Source: Lingula anatina
Lineage: Eukaryota; Animalia; Brachiopoda
Direction: 5' to 3'
NCBI GenBank assembly: GCA_051362555.1
Contig: CM120642.1
Location: 15,004,001 to 15,068,000, forward strand
Length of the DNA: 64,000 nt
The notes under the pieces were generated by a model. That model was not told the DNA's origin, made no database searches, and saw nothing but the letters and a program-made list of their open reading frames with translations. How positions within the stretch are numbered: position 1 is the first letter of the stretch; every line of letters starts with the position of its first letter. The translations under genes and the position numbers were made by a program. Shown one piece after another: positions 1-14,761 of the stretch.

Positions 1-1632
1 GACATTAGTCGCCGTGTAATGATAATCTCTTTCATTAATGCTTATATTGTTTTGATACCTCAGGACAATGTACGCAGGTAAAATGTACGCGTTTTATTTG
101 CAGATTTCTCAAAGTCATAGTTTTATACCCTTATTCAGACTTTCAAAACTGTAAGTCCCTTAAATCAGAGAACCTGATGCTGATACATGTATTTTATTTT
201 TAAATGAACAGGAGGACATAGCTGTTTTATTATTATATGATTGGTCCCTCATTAAGAACTAAATTATTTAATCAGATATAGTATTTAAAAAATGAACCCA
301 AGTTTAGGCACGAATCGAGCAATGCTTTGTGAATGGGAGAAAATTGCTTTTTTCAAGGAAGATTCGATCGTGCGTGAAGATCCAGGATAATATAATAGGA
401 TAATAACAATATATATGCACATAACGGCAACCTAAGCTAAGTGTGACAAAACCAGAAATTTACAGTTTGGCGTTTTATCCTCAGGGTAAGGGGGAGGGGA
501 ATCTAATGAATAGTTTTCCTTATAGGTATGGTTCAGGGGGTATGAAGTTAGAAGTGGGAAAGTATGCTTAATACAGTGTAGTTGCATGGTTTATAAGGTC
601 TGCAGATAAAGTAGCCTTGAAATATCAAGCAACAGACGGTATCCTCTCATTTCAATCCAAATTGTAATACTATGTTATCTAAGGGGTCGGGAACACATGG
701 ATTAAAGTATTCAGTTTTCGGACCTAATCTCACGACCTGTGACAGTTAGCACAAAAGGTCAACCTGGCAACCCCAGAACGTCTAGATATGTTGTGGAAAA
801 GGTGGCTGTGATATCAGAATTTAAAAACCAGCAAGGAGCAGCGGCGTGCACCATTTAGAAAATCTGTCTCGAGCATCTCTATGCAGTTAACATATAAGTT
901 AAAAAATAAGGTCTTGACGTTTATTTTGGACTATCGGCTTACATGAAAAGCACATGTAACTTATTGATACCAGCTTGCTGACAGGAAGGAGAAAATTAAA
1001 TGCGACTAAGATCTGGAACAAAAAAGCCAGGCTGTTACTTGCAGATCCCTGGGTTTGGAGACTACTGGTTCTAAAAAAGGGTCATTCGTCGACAGATATT
1101 TTAGTAGTGAAAGGGTCTCACTCACGCAAATCTAGCTAGAAATATGTGGACAAACTACTGGCGATAGCAGTGAAAGGCAGATAGACTTAAAGGCTGATAG
1201 GACAGACGGGGCCAAGGAGAAGTGGGGCACTCTTGACTTTTGCAGGCTGCCGAGTGCCGCCACAAGAGCATCAATTGCAAGTTCTTGGGGAGACGGACGT
1301 GAAAATATTCAGGCGATAACTAGGTCGTACGAACGCAATAAGGAGTATTCATAAGGATAGAGCCATTATTTTTAAAGAGCAAGTATTGCATACAAGTATC
1401 AACCTTAATTTGTTATCGAATTCCTGTGTCCTTGAAACATCGTTTGGTTGTTTTTTAACACAAAGCAGAAATAATTGTCTCATTTCTCGAAACTTCAGAG
1501 TATTAAAAGGAAGTTTATAACACAATAGTAGAAATGCAATTAAGACGATTGAGATCTTTAAGTTAAATCCCTAGTTAGGCTGTTCCTTATACACTGTGGT
1601 ATTATTTACAGCATTTACTATAGTATTCCACG

Positions 1633-3619
1633 ATGACAAACACAACGAAAAGCAAAATTAGACCACAAAAGGAAACTGAGGAAAAACATGGACTACCCTA
1701 CAAGATTGCAAAAACAGTATACATGGATTCCTCCTGGATCTGTATGGTAGGTTCTTATCTGAAATTGAAATTCCACAGCTGGTTTAACCAACATCTGCTA
1801 ATATTACGTGAGATGTGCTTCTGTAACATTTATTTTTATAGATATGTATAATTTAGGTTTTTAATTGTGTAAAAAACTGAATAACTGGATTTTTCATAAA
1901 CACTATTTTAACAAATATGACGTAAAACAAATCTCGCCATTTGAAATGTCGACCCGAATAAATAATTAAGCTTTAATGTCCAAGCAGTGAATTGTCGTTG
2001 CTTTGTTTTTCATAAGGGTATGTTCTTGGAACTATCGGGACCCACGCTGCAGGACCTCAAGTATCGAGTTAGCGCCAACTATGAAGAAGTTTCACGTGCT
2101 CTTATAGGACGAAGTATAGGTTATTTCATTGGGGCGTTTTTTGGTGGCTACCTCTGTGACCGCTTCAAACGCTATGTGGATCTCCTCACGGCGTTGGCTT
2201 TGCTGGTTGGAACCGTGGGAACGTTTCTAGCGCCCTACAGTAGCAGTGTGGAACTCCTTCTGGCCATGTTCGCACTCCAGGGTCTCGCAGAGGGAACTCT
2301 CGCCATAAGTAAGTCACGTGACGAGGCCTGGACAAAAACTTTACAAACAGGACAGAGTTCATATTTGAATTATTTAAAATAAATTGTTCACGAGACTGAG
2401 TCGTTCTGACGTAGTTTACAAGTAGCATTTGGAGAAAAAGAATTCTTTGCTTACTATGAGACAAATGATTTGAAATTTTCTACTTTGATGAAATTTTAAT
2501 TTTTCAGTTGGAAATGCCATGTTCATCCGGGTATGGCGAGAAAAGGCATCAGCGCCAATACACTCTTTACATTTCTCCTATGGTGTTGGTGCCTTCTTCG
2601 CCCCAATAATCGCACGCCAGTTTCTTGCGCCATCCATCGACGTAACAATTATGCAGAATGCTGACAATGACACGTGCTTGAAGTGCACGAACACGGACGG
2701 GCTGCTTCCAACTACAGGAGATATAAATGAGACATTGTTGGCATCATATAGGAATAATTCAACAAATATCACCACTACGGTGACGGCATTCGAGTTGTCG
2801 AAGATCGAGTATTCCTATATCATCGTGGCCTGCGTCTCCATCGCCATGCTACTGGTGGCACTGGCGTTCCAGTTCCATGCTTCGTGCGTCGGTCCTAAAC
2901 CTCAAAGCGAGAAAATCAGTTTTATTGATATATTTTCTCCTGGATCTTGCGCACAGGGAGATAAAGCCTTCGGCTTGGCCGTCTTGGTTCTGATCTTCCT
3001 GTTCTATTTCTTTCTTGTCGGTTGTGATCACACAGCCAGTAAACTTTTGTACAGCTATTCTCGTGACACGCCCAATCAGTTCAGCGTCGGGGATGCCACC
3101 CTGCTGAACTCTGTCTACTGGGGCTCGTACTCTATAGGGAGAGGATTACCCATATTCTTCGTGGAATGGATCCCAGTTACATACCTCATCATCGGAGAAC
3201 TGATTGGCAATTTGGCTGCTATAGTCGTCTTATCTATCTTCGCTGCCAGCAACCCCATGGTGCTGTGGGTGTGTGCCTCGGCGTACGGTGCCTTCATGGG
3301 GCCAATCTTCGCGTCCATCGTTACCTGGAGTGGGCACTACGTCGAAGTCACTGGAATGGTAATGGCGGTCATCTACGTCGGATCAGCGACAGGTGCGTTC
3401 GCTGTCCAGTGGGTAGCGGGTTACTTCTTTGAGTACACGGGGCCACACACTCTGATGTATGTGTTATTGGTGTGCAGTGTGGCCTACGCTGGTGTGTTTG
3501 TATGTCTTCAGATTATGGCATCCAGACACGGTGACATTCTGTCCAGAACTGCAAATGAATCGGCCGACGATGGCGATATTGAGCTGAAAGAAAAGCAGCC
3601 TCTGGGAGAGAACCTGTAG
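1633..3619 (+). CDS. MFSD4: MFSD4-family MFS transporter (sodium-dependent glucose transporter 1 / NAGLT1-like), 3 coding exons, ~505 aa
   Basis: Exons 1633-1746, 2017-2308, 2508-3619 joined by GT..AG introns in consistent phase (0, 1). Motifs GMFLELSGPTLQDL, GGYLCDRF (MFS motif A-like), GNAMFIRVW..PIHSLHFSYGVGAFFAPII, YWGSYSIGR and YGAFMGPIFASI match my recollection of MFSD4A/B; many hydrophobic TM segments and an N-glycosylation-rich loop. An acceptor ending at 1611 suggests an upstream 5'UTR exon. A/B paralog identity not assigned. Confidence 0.85.
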
Positions 3620-4879
3620 GTTTGCTTCCCTTTGTTTTAACTGAGAACGGTGGATACTACTTTTATGAAAACATTGGACGTCCATGTAGATTCTACCCAA
3701 CTGGACGAAGGGAACCGCTTGACTGTTGAGGTGCTCATATTACAAGCACATTTTTCTAAATATAAAATATGATTTTTACACTTACTTCTTATTAGGAAAA
3801 TGAATACGTTTGCCTCGAATGTTGACTGTAATTTTCAATATATTTTGGAATAAGAAAAATTTTGAAGAAGGATAATTTGTAAAAGGTTGCAGATCATTGT
3901 TGAAATGTTCAGATGTATATTTTGTGACACGGAGCTGTACATCATGAATAGAGGTAATTAGCTTACCATACGCTAATTTACTCAGTTACTCATACTCTCT
4001 ATTTTTTTTTTAGCAAGGATAAACTGTATTTACATAAATACATTTCATGTAGCCCTATAATTGATTACAAACCCGGTTATCGCAGAATTTGAAACTCAGA
4101 AAAATTAATAGTCATAGTTTTAATGTGTTTTCCTTGAAACGTGTCAAACACATAGAAAAATATATTTAGCGAAGAGAAAATTCGTTCATATTATAAACAA
4201 TTGATAGCCTGGATCCTCTTTTGCATGCTTAATAGTTTGAATGGAAATTTGTGATCGTAGGCTGGAGGCAGAGAGCACTGAAATGGGGTCTTTAAAGACA
4301 TTATTTTATTTTGATTTAAAAAAAAAATAAAATCTTCAATATTCAAATCGGCTATATTTATACCGCTCATTAAACCGTTGAACTGCCAATAACAATTTGT
4401 ATGAAAATAACTTTAAGACGAATATTTACCACAATGAGCATAAAAATGCATGTTGGGCCCCATCTAATTTTAAATCCCAATAAATAAAAATGAAAATTAT
4501 TAGCAAAAGTTTATAATCTAAGGGTTGAATTTTAAAAAAATCACAAAAACGTAATGCTACTGCCTTTAATGCATTACTGCATATTAGAGGGACGATCACA
4601 CACGAACCGTGTCCTTTTGCATTGGAAATTATGACTTTGTGTTACTTTCTTTTTAGATGAAATTCGACATCCCTGCATGTAAATATTGCATATAGGTTAT
4701 ATATAACATGCTTCAAAATCAGAAGACAGGTAATTAATACACACAAAATAACACATTTTCTAAAGTTTTCAACTACTGGAAAACTAAATAACCCCACCAT
4801 AATTGTATGATGCTTAGCATAAAATGCTTTAGGTGCGCATTAGTTCGGTTGTGCTTTCAAAGAAACACATTGCAGTTTG

Positions 4880-5400
4880 CTATGCACAAAGAAGTCGCGG
4901 TCACGGAGCGTCTTGAAGCGCACCTGTCGGTCTCTTTTGTTGTCGGCCACATGACACAAACAACATTGACGATGATGGCGTTACGCGTTGATGCACCAGC
5001 TCCAGAGTTCAGATAACGACACATTAAATTAAAATGGATGACACCACTTATAATTTACAAGATGGATACGGTTCGTCGGACGGCGAGACTACTTCGAATT
5101 CATTTTTAGCGGATGAGCGAGGTCCTGGAGATCGCGTCGAAGCCAGTGAGTCCACCGGCAGTGCAGGCAGCGGTGGCGACTCGGAGCAAGAAATCGAAAT
5201 GATTCTCAGACCTCGGAACGTGCGGGCTCGCTCCAAAGAAAGACACATGTTTGATGACGATGACGATAGTTCTACAGACTCGGAAGAAGAGGAAGAAAAC
5301 AGGCGAGCGATGAGGGAGCAAGATTCGGACAGTAGCAGCTCGAGCACAGAGTCAGAGAACACACAAATGTAGGTATCGTTTTGAAACTCATTGAAGTGCG
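4880..5400 (+). promoter_or_regulatory. CpG-rich promoter/first-exon region of the otopetrin gene
   Basis: Local GC and CpG enrichment around the first ATG (5034), followed by an abrupt switch to CpG-poor intronic sequence after ~5500. Confidence 0.45.
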
Positions 5401-8400
5401 TGTGTTTCCTTAATCGATTTCGTTTGTGGAATTCAATATGAGTTAAAAGCCCACTCGAAAAGAAAATCAATGTTTTCTTGTTCTCTAACTTGGGAAAATA
5501 AGTTTATGCCTAAATTGCCAATAAATGTGATTGTAATTACATTTGAACAATATGAGCAACCGCTGGTATTATTATTTGTATTGTGGAATCAGTCAAATGC
5601 TTATTAAACCCTCAGTTGTGTCAGCCTCAAATAGGATTCTTTGTTTTCAAGCATGGGCATTTTGCCAGACTAATACATAATGAAGTACTAACTAAATTAA
5701 TTTAATAAAAGTTTGTATTTGTATTCTAGCAAAAGTAGGATATATATATTGTCAGTGGGATGATTGAAGCACCTTATTCCAACTTGCTACATGTTTGTGC
5801 CCCCCCCCCCCCTCCTCTGGCTTAGCTACTTGATTTGATACAGTTAATTTGTCCTTTTTTTATTGTGGAAGGCCCACTTTAGATGGTACCATCAGATTAC
5901 GATTAATGCATGTATTAGCACCATGTTGGTTTGTTTGCCCATTTGAATATTTGCACAATTTTGATAAAGTTTTCTTCAAGTGTTCTATAACAAAGAACAA
6001 TTCAGTTTACTGTAATATGGAAATTTGAGGTCAGATACAGATTTTCATAATTTGATCAAAAGAAGTGATTTTCTGTTACTAGTCTAGTACTTCCCTGTAA
6101 CAGGTATTTAAAGATGTTAATTGAATTTATGTAACTGTATAATACCAGTATTTACCTTGTCACCGTAATGTCTTTAAGTAATATTTTTGATTGTCCATCA
6201 CCCTTTATCTCCATAAAGCTGATCAGGTTCAGTGGTCACAGAAGTCATTGATCTGACACTTTAAAGTGATGTATATTTGAACAGGTTCAGCCAGTCTGAC
6301 AGAGTCTGATACACAACAAGCCTTTCATGTCTTCTGACCAAAGTCTGGGCTTTGAAATTGTGTACAGAATGATAACTTAACTCATGAGAAGTACTTTTCT
6401 TTATTTCTACTCCACTCAGTATTTGTCCCCCTTGTATCGCAGTGTTTGATCAGTTTGATTTGATTACTTCAAATCGATTTGAATTTAGAGTACAAGTGAA
6501 ATTGTGATAACTTAACATTTGAAGGTTGGCTCTAAAACTGGAGCACTTGATGAGTCTGTCTATAATTGAGATTTGAATACCACTCAGAAACTTCATAAGA
6601 AGCCATATATCACTACAACACCAGGTTAAATACATGGATGTTATAAAGCATTTTTTTTCTTTGAAGGTAGATGTTTTTTATGAATCCATAATTGTATGTT
6701 ATTGACTTTCAGGGTAATGGCTTTTTTGTGACTGAATAAAGGTAATGCACTTTGTTGACCTACAGACTCAGACAGATATAGGAAACCCCATACCCTAAAA
6801 CTTCTTAATTATCTCATTTTCTCACATAGTGGCTGGGTTGAAGTGACTGAGTTTATGGCGTAATGGTAGACTTACAGGGAAAAGAAACACCATGGCTGCC
6901 AAGTATTGAATACTGAGCACTGACCTAGAGGATGGCGTTTTTGTGTGCCAATAAAGAAATATTTAACTAGAAAACAAACTGTCCTGTTAATATTTTAAGT
7001 AATAAGATAAATTTCACTATTGACTGTAGAATACCTGTAAAAGTCTAAAAGAACAGATTTTCAGAATTTCTATCACTTACAATTGATAGTTGTTATTATT
7101 ATTATTTTATATATATATATATATTTTGCATTGCCAGGTTGTGTTATATAAATTATGAAGTCTGTAATCATGTAAGCCACCATATTATCAGATATCATCA
7201 CGGAAGGAAATGTTTGTGATGGTTTGTGGTTAATAAGTCATTTTCATTTTTTAGAAGTACCTGTCATTCAAGTTTTTAATGGGAACATATAAACACCAAA
7301 TGTACAGTATTTATTGGCATATATTACCTGGCCATGCATTTTGTAAATAGGCCTCAGTTTTATCACTGGGGTGTGTGTAATATCCCCAAAACACTGGTAT
7401 GTAAGGCTATGGCAAGTTAACCAACTGATATATGGGATAGGCCACTGTCAATCCACACAGTAGTATAGCCACATAATAACTGCTTGATTCATAAATTCTA
7501 ACATTGCATAATATGCTGCAAGTAAGGTGTAAGTGTGGAAACTTGGGCTCATTTAACTGTCAGGATCAGCCTAATTCCAGATGATTTGTGGCCCACTTTC
7601 CTTTTACCTGGCCAATTTTCATTATCAGAACCATATGGCACACAGGGCTGGGCTATGTGAAGAAGACCCTATATCTGGGCCTTGTAAACTTAATTTATAG
7701 AGCACAGACAGAGACCGCCAGTACTTGCACTGCCTGTGAATGTTAAAAAATGATGTTATACACTTTGATGTACTCATGTCAGTGAATTTATATTTGGAAT
7801 ACATTGCTATGGCTTATTAATAAAATATTGTTAAGTGTTTTCAATTTTTATTTCCAAATCATGAATGTATTTACAATTTGCAAGCCCTCGCTGGTTTATT
7901 CACCAGTTTTGAAAATTGGGACTTGCAATGGCAGAGAATTTGATTTAAGAGAGGCTCCATTGAACCTCTGTCAGTGAATTGTATGGGGTTCAGGAGAGTA
8001 GTCATTTCATAAATTAGACCCAATACTGCTCCAAAGTGTTCCTTGTGTGAGCAGACTATTAGTAGTTGTAGAAATATCTACAAGCTACAGGGTTGCAACA
8101 ACTGCTTTCTGTTTTTAGTGCTCTGCCCTTTTACAAATTGCAGTGCACATTTGCCACTATATTTTTTAGCAAATTAAAATCAATTGCCTATCCTCTTCAC
8201 TCTATTTCATAGTTGGCATGTTATGTCATAATGAATTGTATTTTATGAAGTGACCTGCCCTTTTGAGATGACGGTGCTTGTTGGAGTTTAACACACTTAT
8301 TTTACGATGCAGCACAGTAGCAAATATTATGAAAATGTATAACGTAAATGATGGCACATGCAAGACACAGGACTTTGAGTGTTGGCCTGTGGTAGCATAA

Positions 8401-11400
8401 CTGCAGGCTAGTACCTGATGATCCCTTTCCTGCTAATTAAAAAATTGCATGCATGCCAAATTGCAAAAGTATAGGGCAATTGCCAGCGATATCATTGCAG
8501 ACAAAACTTGAGGTATTGTATGGAAAAAGCAGATGAAATCTTGCACTTATGGATTAGTTTTTTTTTTTGTATTGTAGATATTGTATCTAACGCAAAGGTA
8601 TTTGTTCAGGTGTGAAATATAATATATATGTACTTGTAGAGAGAGGTGACGATACAAAGACAAATTCATAAAAATGTGATTAGGAATTCTGTTGACAATT
8701 ATTTTGATTTCCTTCTCTTCATTCCAAATACATATTTCGTATTATAGTTTTGTGTAATTGGATATGAAATGAATATTTGTAAACTTCATTACATCCATGC
8801 TCATTTCGTAGAATTCATTAGGTCCAAGCTATTCATAATTTAAGTTTACTATTAACTGTGGTTCAGGAATGCCATTTATATACTGACATGCATTTATTTA
8901 TTTTTGTTTGTTTCAATCTTTCAGATGGGTACCAGCTAGGAACAGTACTACTCTGAAAGTCTCACGCTCAAAAGACCAAATATGGCTGCCAAGCAGCGTT
9001 TCCAATACCAGCATGCCCTCCTTGCCTAATGGCGGCACATCAGTCCGTAACAGTATGGTCAGTCAGAGCACCACAGGAAGGGTGGAAACGTCGCTTGTCA
9101 TTGATCCTGAACCCTGTGGCAATGGAGATTCAGGTAAAATGGCATATGTATAGCATTTGGAATGCATTTGTCGTAACCTTAATAAAATGTAATTTACAGT
9201 TTTCTTCAGTTAAGGAGTCAGGTGGACACATATTACAGATCTGTGGTCACTAAATGGAATAATTTGGTAAGAAAGAGATTGTCGTTTATATGGCATTAAG
9301 CTCCCTTTTTAATATAATGGATTTCTGGCTCTGGTTTCTCATAGATTCTTTGTGGTGTGGAATTTTTTGGAAAAAGAAAGCCAGGTATAATTTTGTTTTT
9401 CTCGAAAAATTTCGTAAAGGAATGACATTTTGTTTTTGTGAACTCTTAACAGAGTCATTATTTTTCACATACATGGCAACATCTAACTCAATGTGCATAC
9501 ATGCTCCAAGTTAATTTGGATTTCAGCTGAAAATTGATGATTTTCCCTGAAAAAAAATAGATAATAGATAAACTATGGACTGGATTATCATTACTCAGTC
9601 TAAATGCCATGTTTTTTGGTGACATGTAACTAACTGTGATGCATCATTATACATGTGTAAAGTAGACAGTAGAACATTAGGCAGTCTGTAACATGGGTGT
9701 CGACATGGATTTCCCATCATGATATGACACAGGGGCATGTGATAGGTTTTGTGTCTTGTTTCCCTACTGGTTTAGAGCATTTTTGATTTTAATTGAAAAT
9801 TTCCTAATTTATATATATACTGTATGCTGTGGTGGTGTGAACAATCTTGACTTAAATGACATGATGTTAGTTTTGTTGGAAGGTAAGAAAGAGGGAGTGA
9901 TTGAGGAGGGGGTGGGGTGAGTGGAGGATGGCACAGGCTATGAAAATGGCACCTTTTAATTTGCATGCCTTTGGGCTGAAACACTTCTGATAGAGGATAG
10001 AGATAAAGTCAAAACTTTCTACCAAATCCAAAAGCAAAATTGGATTAAGAATCTCTTGTCTTTTTGTAGATAGCTTTTAGAGTTGCTGTTTTATTACCAT
10101 GACAGATAAATACTACGTAGAAATTTGCAGACATTGGCATTGAGGCTTTGGGCTGATCCATGATGTTGAGAACCAACTCAGACTTTACATATTCAGTCAA
10201 GGTGGGCAAGTCATGGCTTTATCATAGACTTAACCTTAAAAAAAAAAAAACATCTAGTGAAAATTTCTTGATGTTTAAAGTGGATTGGATTGATTATGTT
10301 TGGATTGATTATGTTGTTATGTTTGGAAATTTAGGAAAGTAAGGTGATGGGAATATCCACAGTTTTACTGCTGTTCCTCTGTCTGTTTTGTGATTTTCTT
10401 TCTGAACTCTCAAAAATGGATTCTTTAGTACTTGATTAAGTGCACTAAGAAAGCCCAAACATTGATTGTTGCATGTCCATATATATATCTCATTTTCATG
10501 TCTAAGAGCTTTTAGTCTTATTAGAAAAATGCTAAAAAATATTAATAGCAAGATCTTTAATGGAAAGAAAATGACAACAACCTTTTTGATATCACTAAGC
10601 ATTTTTGTGGTATCTGTTTATTCCAAATGCATTGTCAACTAAGCATTTCTTTATTTTTTTTTGTTTCTGCTCGTGATTAGCTTAGGAATTTTTCATAAGG
10701 TAATGGATAAGACTTTTTACAAAATGGACACTCCTAGACAAGCATTTGTTTTAGCTTAATAACTTTTTAATATATCAGTTAATAATGGATAAAAGTATAA
10801 GAAATATGTTTTTTAAAACTTAAGTACACTCATGAAAATTTTGCAAACAGTTTATAAGATAACATGACTGTGGGTGGATTTCCATTCTGAAGTTATTCCA
10901 CCCTTCTTTTCCTCTTTGTGTATACACTCAAGGTTTCTAGAAAGACTAATCTGCCAGTTAATGTAGAATATAATACCCATTTATCTTATTAATCTTATGA
11001 CTCTTGGACTAATCAAAGCAGCAGTAATGGGCATCAAAAAGTGATGATCTTTTATCCATAAATTGGTCATGCATATGGCATAAGAGCAGTGATAATAGAA
11101 GAGGAAGAAGGAAGTATATTAAATGTATTTTATGTATGGAATTTGAGCTTAGTTGGAACAACTTTTCAAATTATCTGTAATTGAATGCAGATATTGCCAC
11201 TTTTGTATTAGCTTAACTACTCATTATGGAATTCTAAGGTTAATGAACGGATAATTTTTTGGGCCAATGTAAATAATTTTTTATATTTGTACAACTTTGG
11301 GGTTCCATAATTTGCTAATTATGCAAGCAGAAAAGCTATAACAATCACCTTTTTATAGTACTTTAGATGAGATGGCAATGTAAACAGTAAGAACAATAAA

Positions 11401-11838
11401 AATGATTTTTTTAACTAAGAGCAACAAAAAATAGATCAAAAATATGCAATTTGCCGGATGATGCTCCTTTCTTTAAATGCTCTATGATAATAAGGAATAA
11501 TTTTTTTGAATCACTCAATACTCTGTGGGAAAAAACATTGTAAATGTCCACCTGTCCAGGCATGCCTTGATCCTTGACACTGGTCAATAAATTGTCCAGA
11601 GAACCAATGGACTCTTTGTCCACCTGGTGGTCACCATGTGTGGCTGATTATGACCATCTGTCAGCATTTTCTTTAGCCATGCTCACGCCAGCTTGTGACA
11701 GTAGTGTAAGAATTGATATCAATAATACTAATTGTTATACTAATATAGGTTATAGAGGCTGATTGTGAGTGGCTTTGTTGTAGAAAGATCAAGTGAAGGT
11801 ATAGCTGAACTTTTATGTTTAATGTGAAGAAATTAAAT

Positions 11839-11929
<91 letters not shown>

Positions 11930-14718
11930 TTGTAATAGGATTATCCTAATCAATCTAATTCTTTTTTTTTTTGCTAATGATTTTTATACAGTTTTAGTAA
12001 ACTGGAGCCCCGTGTTACTATGATGCCTTTGATAGACCTTTAAAATGTACTCAGACAGGTGACATTTTTTTTTCAAATTGTAATTCTCCCTGTGACTCCA
12101 GGGCCAGAAAAAAGGGAGACATCTTACAGTCAGAGCATCCTGCAGCAGTGAGAGTTGTTGTAGGTGCCTGGTATGTAAAGGTTATGTTAGGACAAAGAGT
12201 TCCATCATGCCTTATGAGCTTGTCAAACCTGGCAGAATTGTTCATGTAAAGAACAGTCTTTCCATGAGTGCTATAAAAATGCCAACAAAAGTTGCCCAAT
12301 GAGGCAGAGAAACTAATATGGCATTGCTTTGTACGCCTTGACTCCAATTTCGCTCGGTCTGGCAAAGAATACATAAAGGTGCGAGGATTGTTTAGAGGAA
12401 AGAAAGGCCACTCTGTTAGTATGGCAGATAGGACACAGCCAATCCCTTCAAAAATGAATTGTTATCTTTTAAATGAATTCCATTTTTGTGTGAATAGCTC
12501 CCTATGCTGGTAATTTACCTGATATTAGACTATAAAAGGTATGAAAATAGCCCAATTGAGCTGGAGACTTGGGACATTTAAGTTAAATGGTAATCAGGTG
12601 GGAATGATACTATTAAAATGTCAAAGTAAAAGAGTATGAATGCCCTGGTCTCCTGTTTATCAGTTTACCTGTTTATAGTGGAGGCATGGAGAAACCAAAC
12701 AGAGAATACCATTGATCATGAAGTACATGTAAATGAATAATAATAAGGCAAACTGGGTTTTTATGATTGTGGATATAAACCTAGTTAAATTTTTATGCAA
12801 TCTTTATTTGCCTGCCATGCTGACACTGTCTCTTTAATATTCGCTTAATGCTAATGTGGTCTGGGGAAAGTATAATAATGAAATGCGTTTCCAGTCGATT
12901 TGGGTCAGCCCAACTTTGTTATGACTGCAGAGATTGCTGGCCATTTGATTACAAATAACTTACCCCAGGGAGCAAATCTAATCACATTTTTACACCATCA
13001 TAGTTGTTGAGGTAACTCTTGTGCCAAACTGTTTGTGTGTATGTTTTCTTGTTTATTTGTTTGTTTGTGGTAAGCTATTAAGGGTAAGGGTAGCCCTGTA
13101 TGAATTTTTATGTAAGTGGTATATGCAAATGATAAGATTTGATCATTATTATTTGCAACTTTTACCAGAGATGCAGAGAATTTCATGAATATATAGACAC
13201 AATATTGCTGATACTCTGTTTCATTAAAAGAATGTTTCAGAGACCCAGGCATTGCAGAATTTTTTACATCAAAGCTTCCTCTTGAACTTGGTACAAGACC
13301 CTACTGAGAACAAATTATACTTCTCTGTTTACCTGCAGTGAAGGGAATTCACAGTTAATTTGTTTTCCTATAAAACTTTATTAATACTTCATGGACCCAT
13401 ATAGCTTCAGGGGGAAAACATAAGGAAAATGTGCCCCAGGAGACCCGAGTTGTTTTTTCTTGGTGCGATTTTATTGGATTTTCTGACCGGGTCACTCTGG
13501 TCATTTGGCTGTGTTCACAAAGCAAGACCAAAGAATGAAAAAAGGACTAAATTGTGTTATTTGATACCACCTCAAGACCAGCTAAATGTTATCTCACTCT
13601 TGCATGAAGGATATTACTAGTAGCCAAATGCCATGTTACTTAATTAAGTCATTCCAAATTGCTTCACTTGCATGGTGAATATAAAACATTAATGGTATCT
13701 TAAATTTAAGTCGTGATTCATATTTGACTCAGTAATAATAAATACAATTTGTGTTACATTTAAAGCTGATTTAGTTAAGTATTACTATTTTGATTTGCTA
13801 TATAAAAATTATCCACAGCTGAAGGTATTTGTGTCATATAGTGTTACTAGTACTTTGGTAGCAGCAGGGTCAGTATGGATTATCCCCAGCATATTAATAA
13901 TATGGGATGAAAATGCATAGTTTAGTTTTTAGTTTTTCAGTCCAAGTTAGTCCATAGTATGAACTGAGCTGACGTCTTGCTGTCCCTGCAGCACCCTGCT
14001 CTACTGATGATGCTGTCAGTTTAAGTTGTCTGTGAAATTAAGAATTATTCCTAGAGGAGTCATTGTGATTAGTATTTTAGATGAAGTACAATACTAGTAG
14101 ATCCCCAACAAAATTCTCATAGTAAAGCTATAATCTTTGCATTTCAGCAACTGGAGTAGAACTGTTTGTTCCCATAAGTGTAAAAACATTTAGAATAATT
14201 TACACTACAATTAGGTCAGAATACCTGAATATGGTATATCTTTATATGCCTTATTGATTTTTGTTGTTTCATGCCATTTTTCCAAGTGTGAACAAAAAAC
14301 AAAACAAAATGGAAGGTATTATGATATTTTCCAGAAAACACTGGCTGTTATCACAGTCGAAATTTAAATGCTATTTCTTTGCTCTCAGCAACTTTGAGGA
14401 CAGGCAGTATATACCACACAACCCCCCCCCCCCCCCCCAAAGTCTAACCCCCTTTTCTATACACAGAAAAAATAAGACACATGAGATATTCTTCTTCTGT
14501 TACTACTAGGTATAGGTAATGGCAGTCCAGAGACCCAGAGCACAGTGGAGCACTACCCGTCCCACACAGAGATCAGGCCAGCCACCCCCGGGTCCATGGG
14601 CTCCCTGGAGTACAGAGCAGGGCTGTGCAATGGTGATGTTCAAGCACTACGCAACATGCAGGAAGCTTTCAGGTAAGATAACCTACCACAGACATGAATG
14701 GGCATTAACACAAATGAG

Positions 14719-14761
<43 letters not shown>

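Noticed and set aside
60-495. Candidate 5'UTR exons of MFSD4 (acceptor at 103, donors at 151 and ~486)
   Set aside because: Plausible splice signals but unsupported without transcript data.
600-1345. GC-richer block upstream of MFSD4, possibly a decayed retroelement
   Set aside because: No ORF, terminal repeat or protein motif that I could recognise.
5048-5470. 140-aa Ser-rich minus-strand ORF
   Set aside because: Antisense shadow of the acidic otopetrin exon 1.
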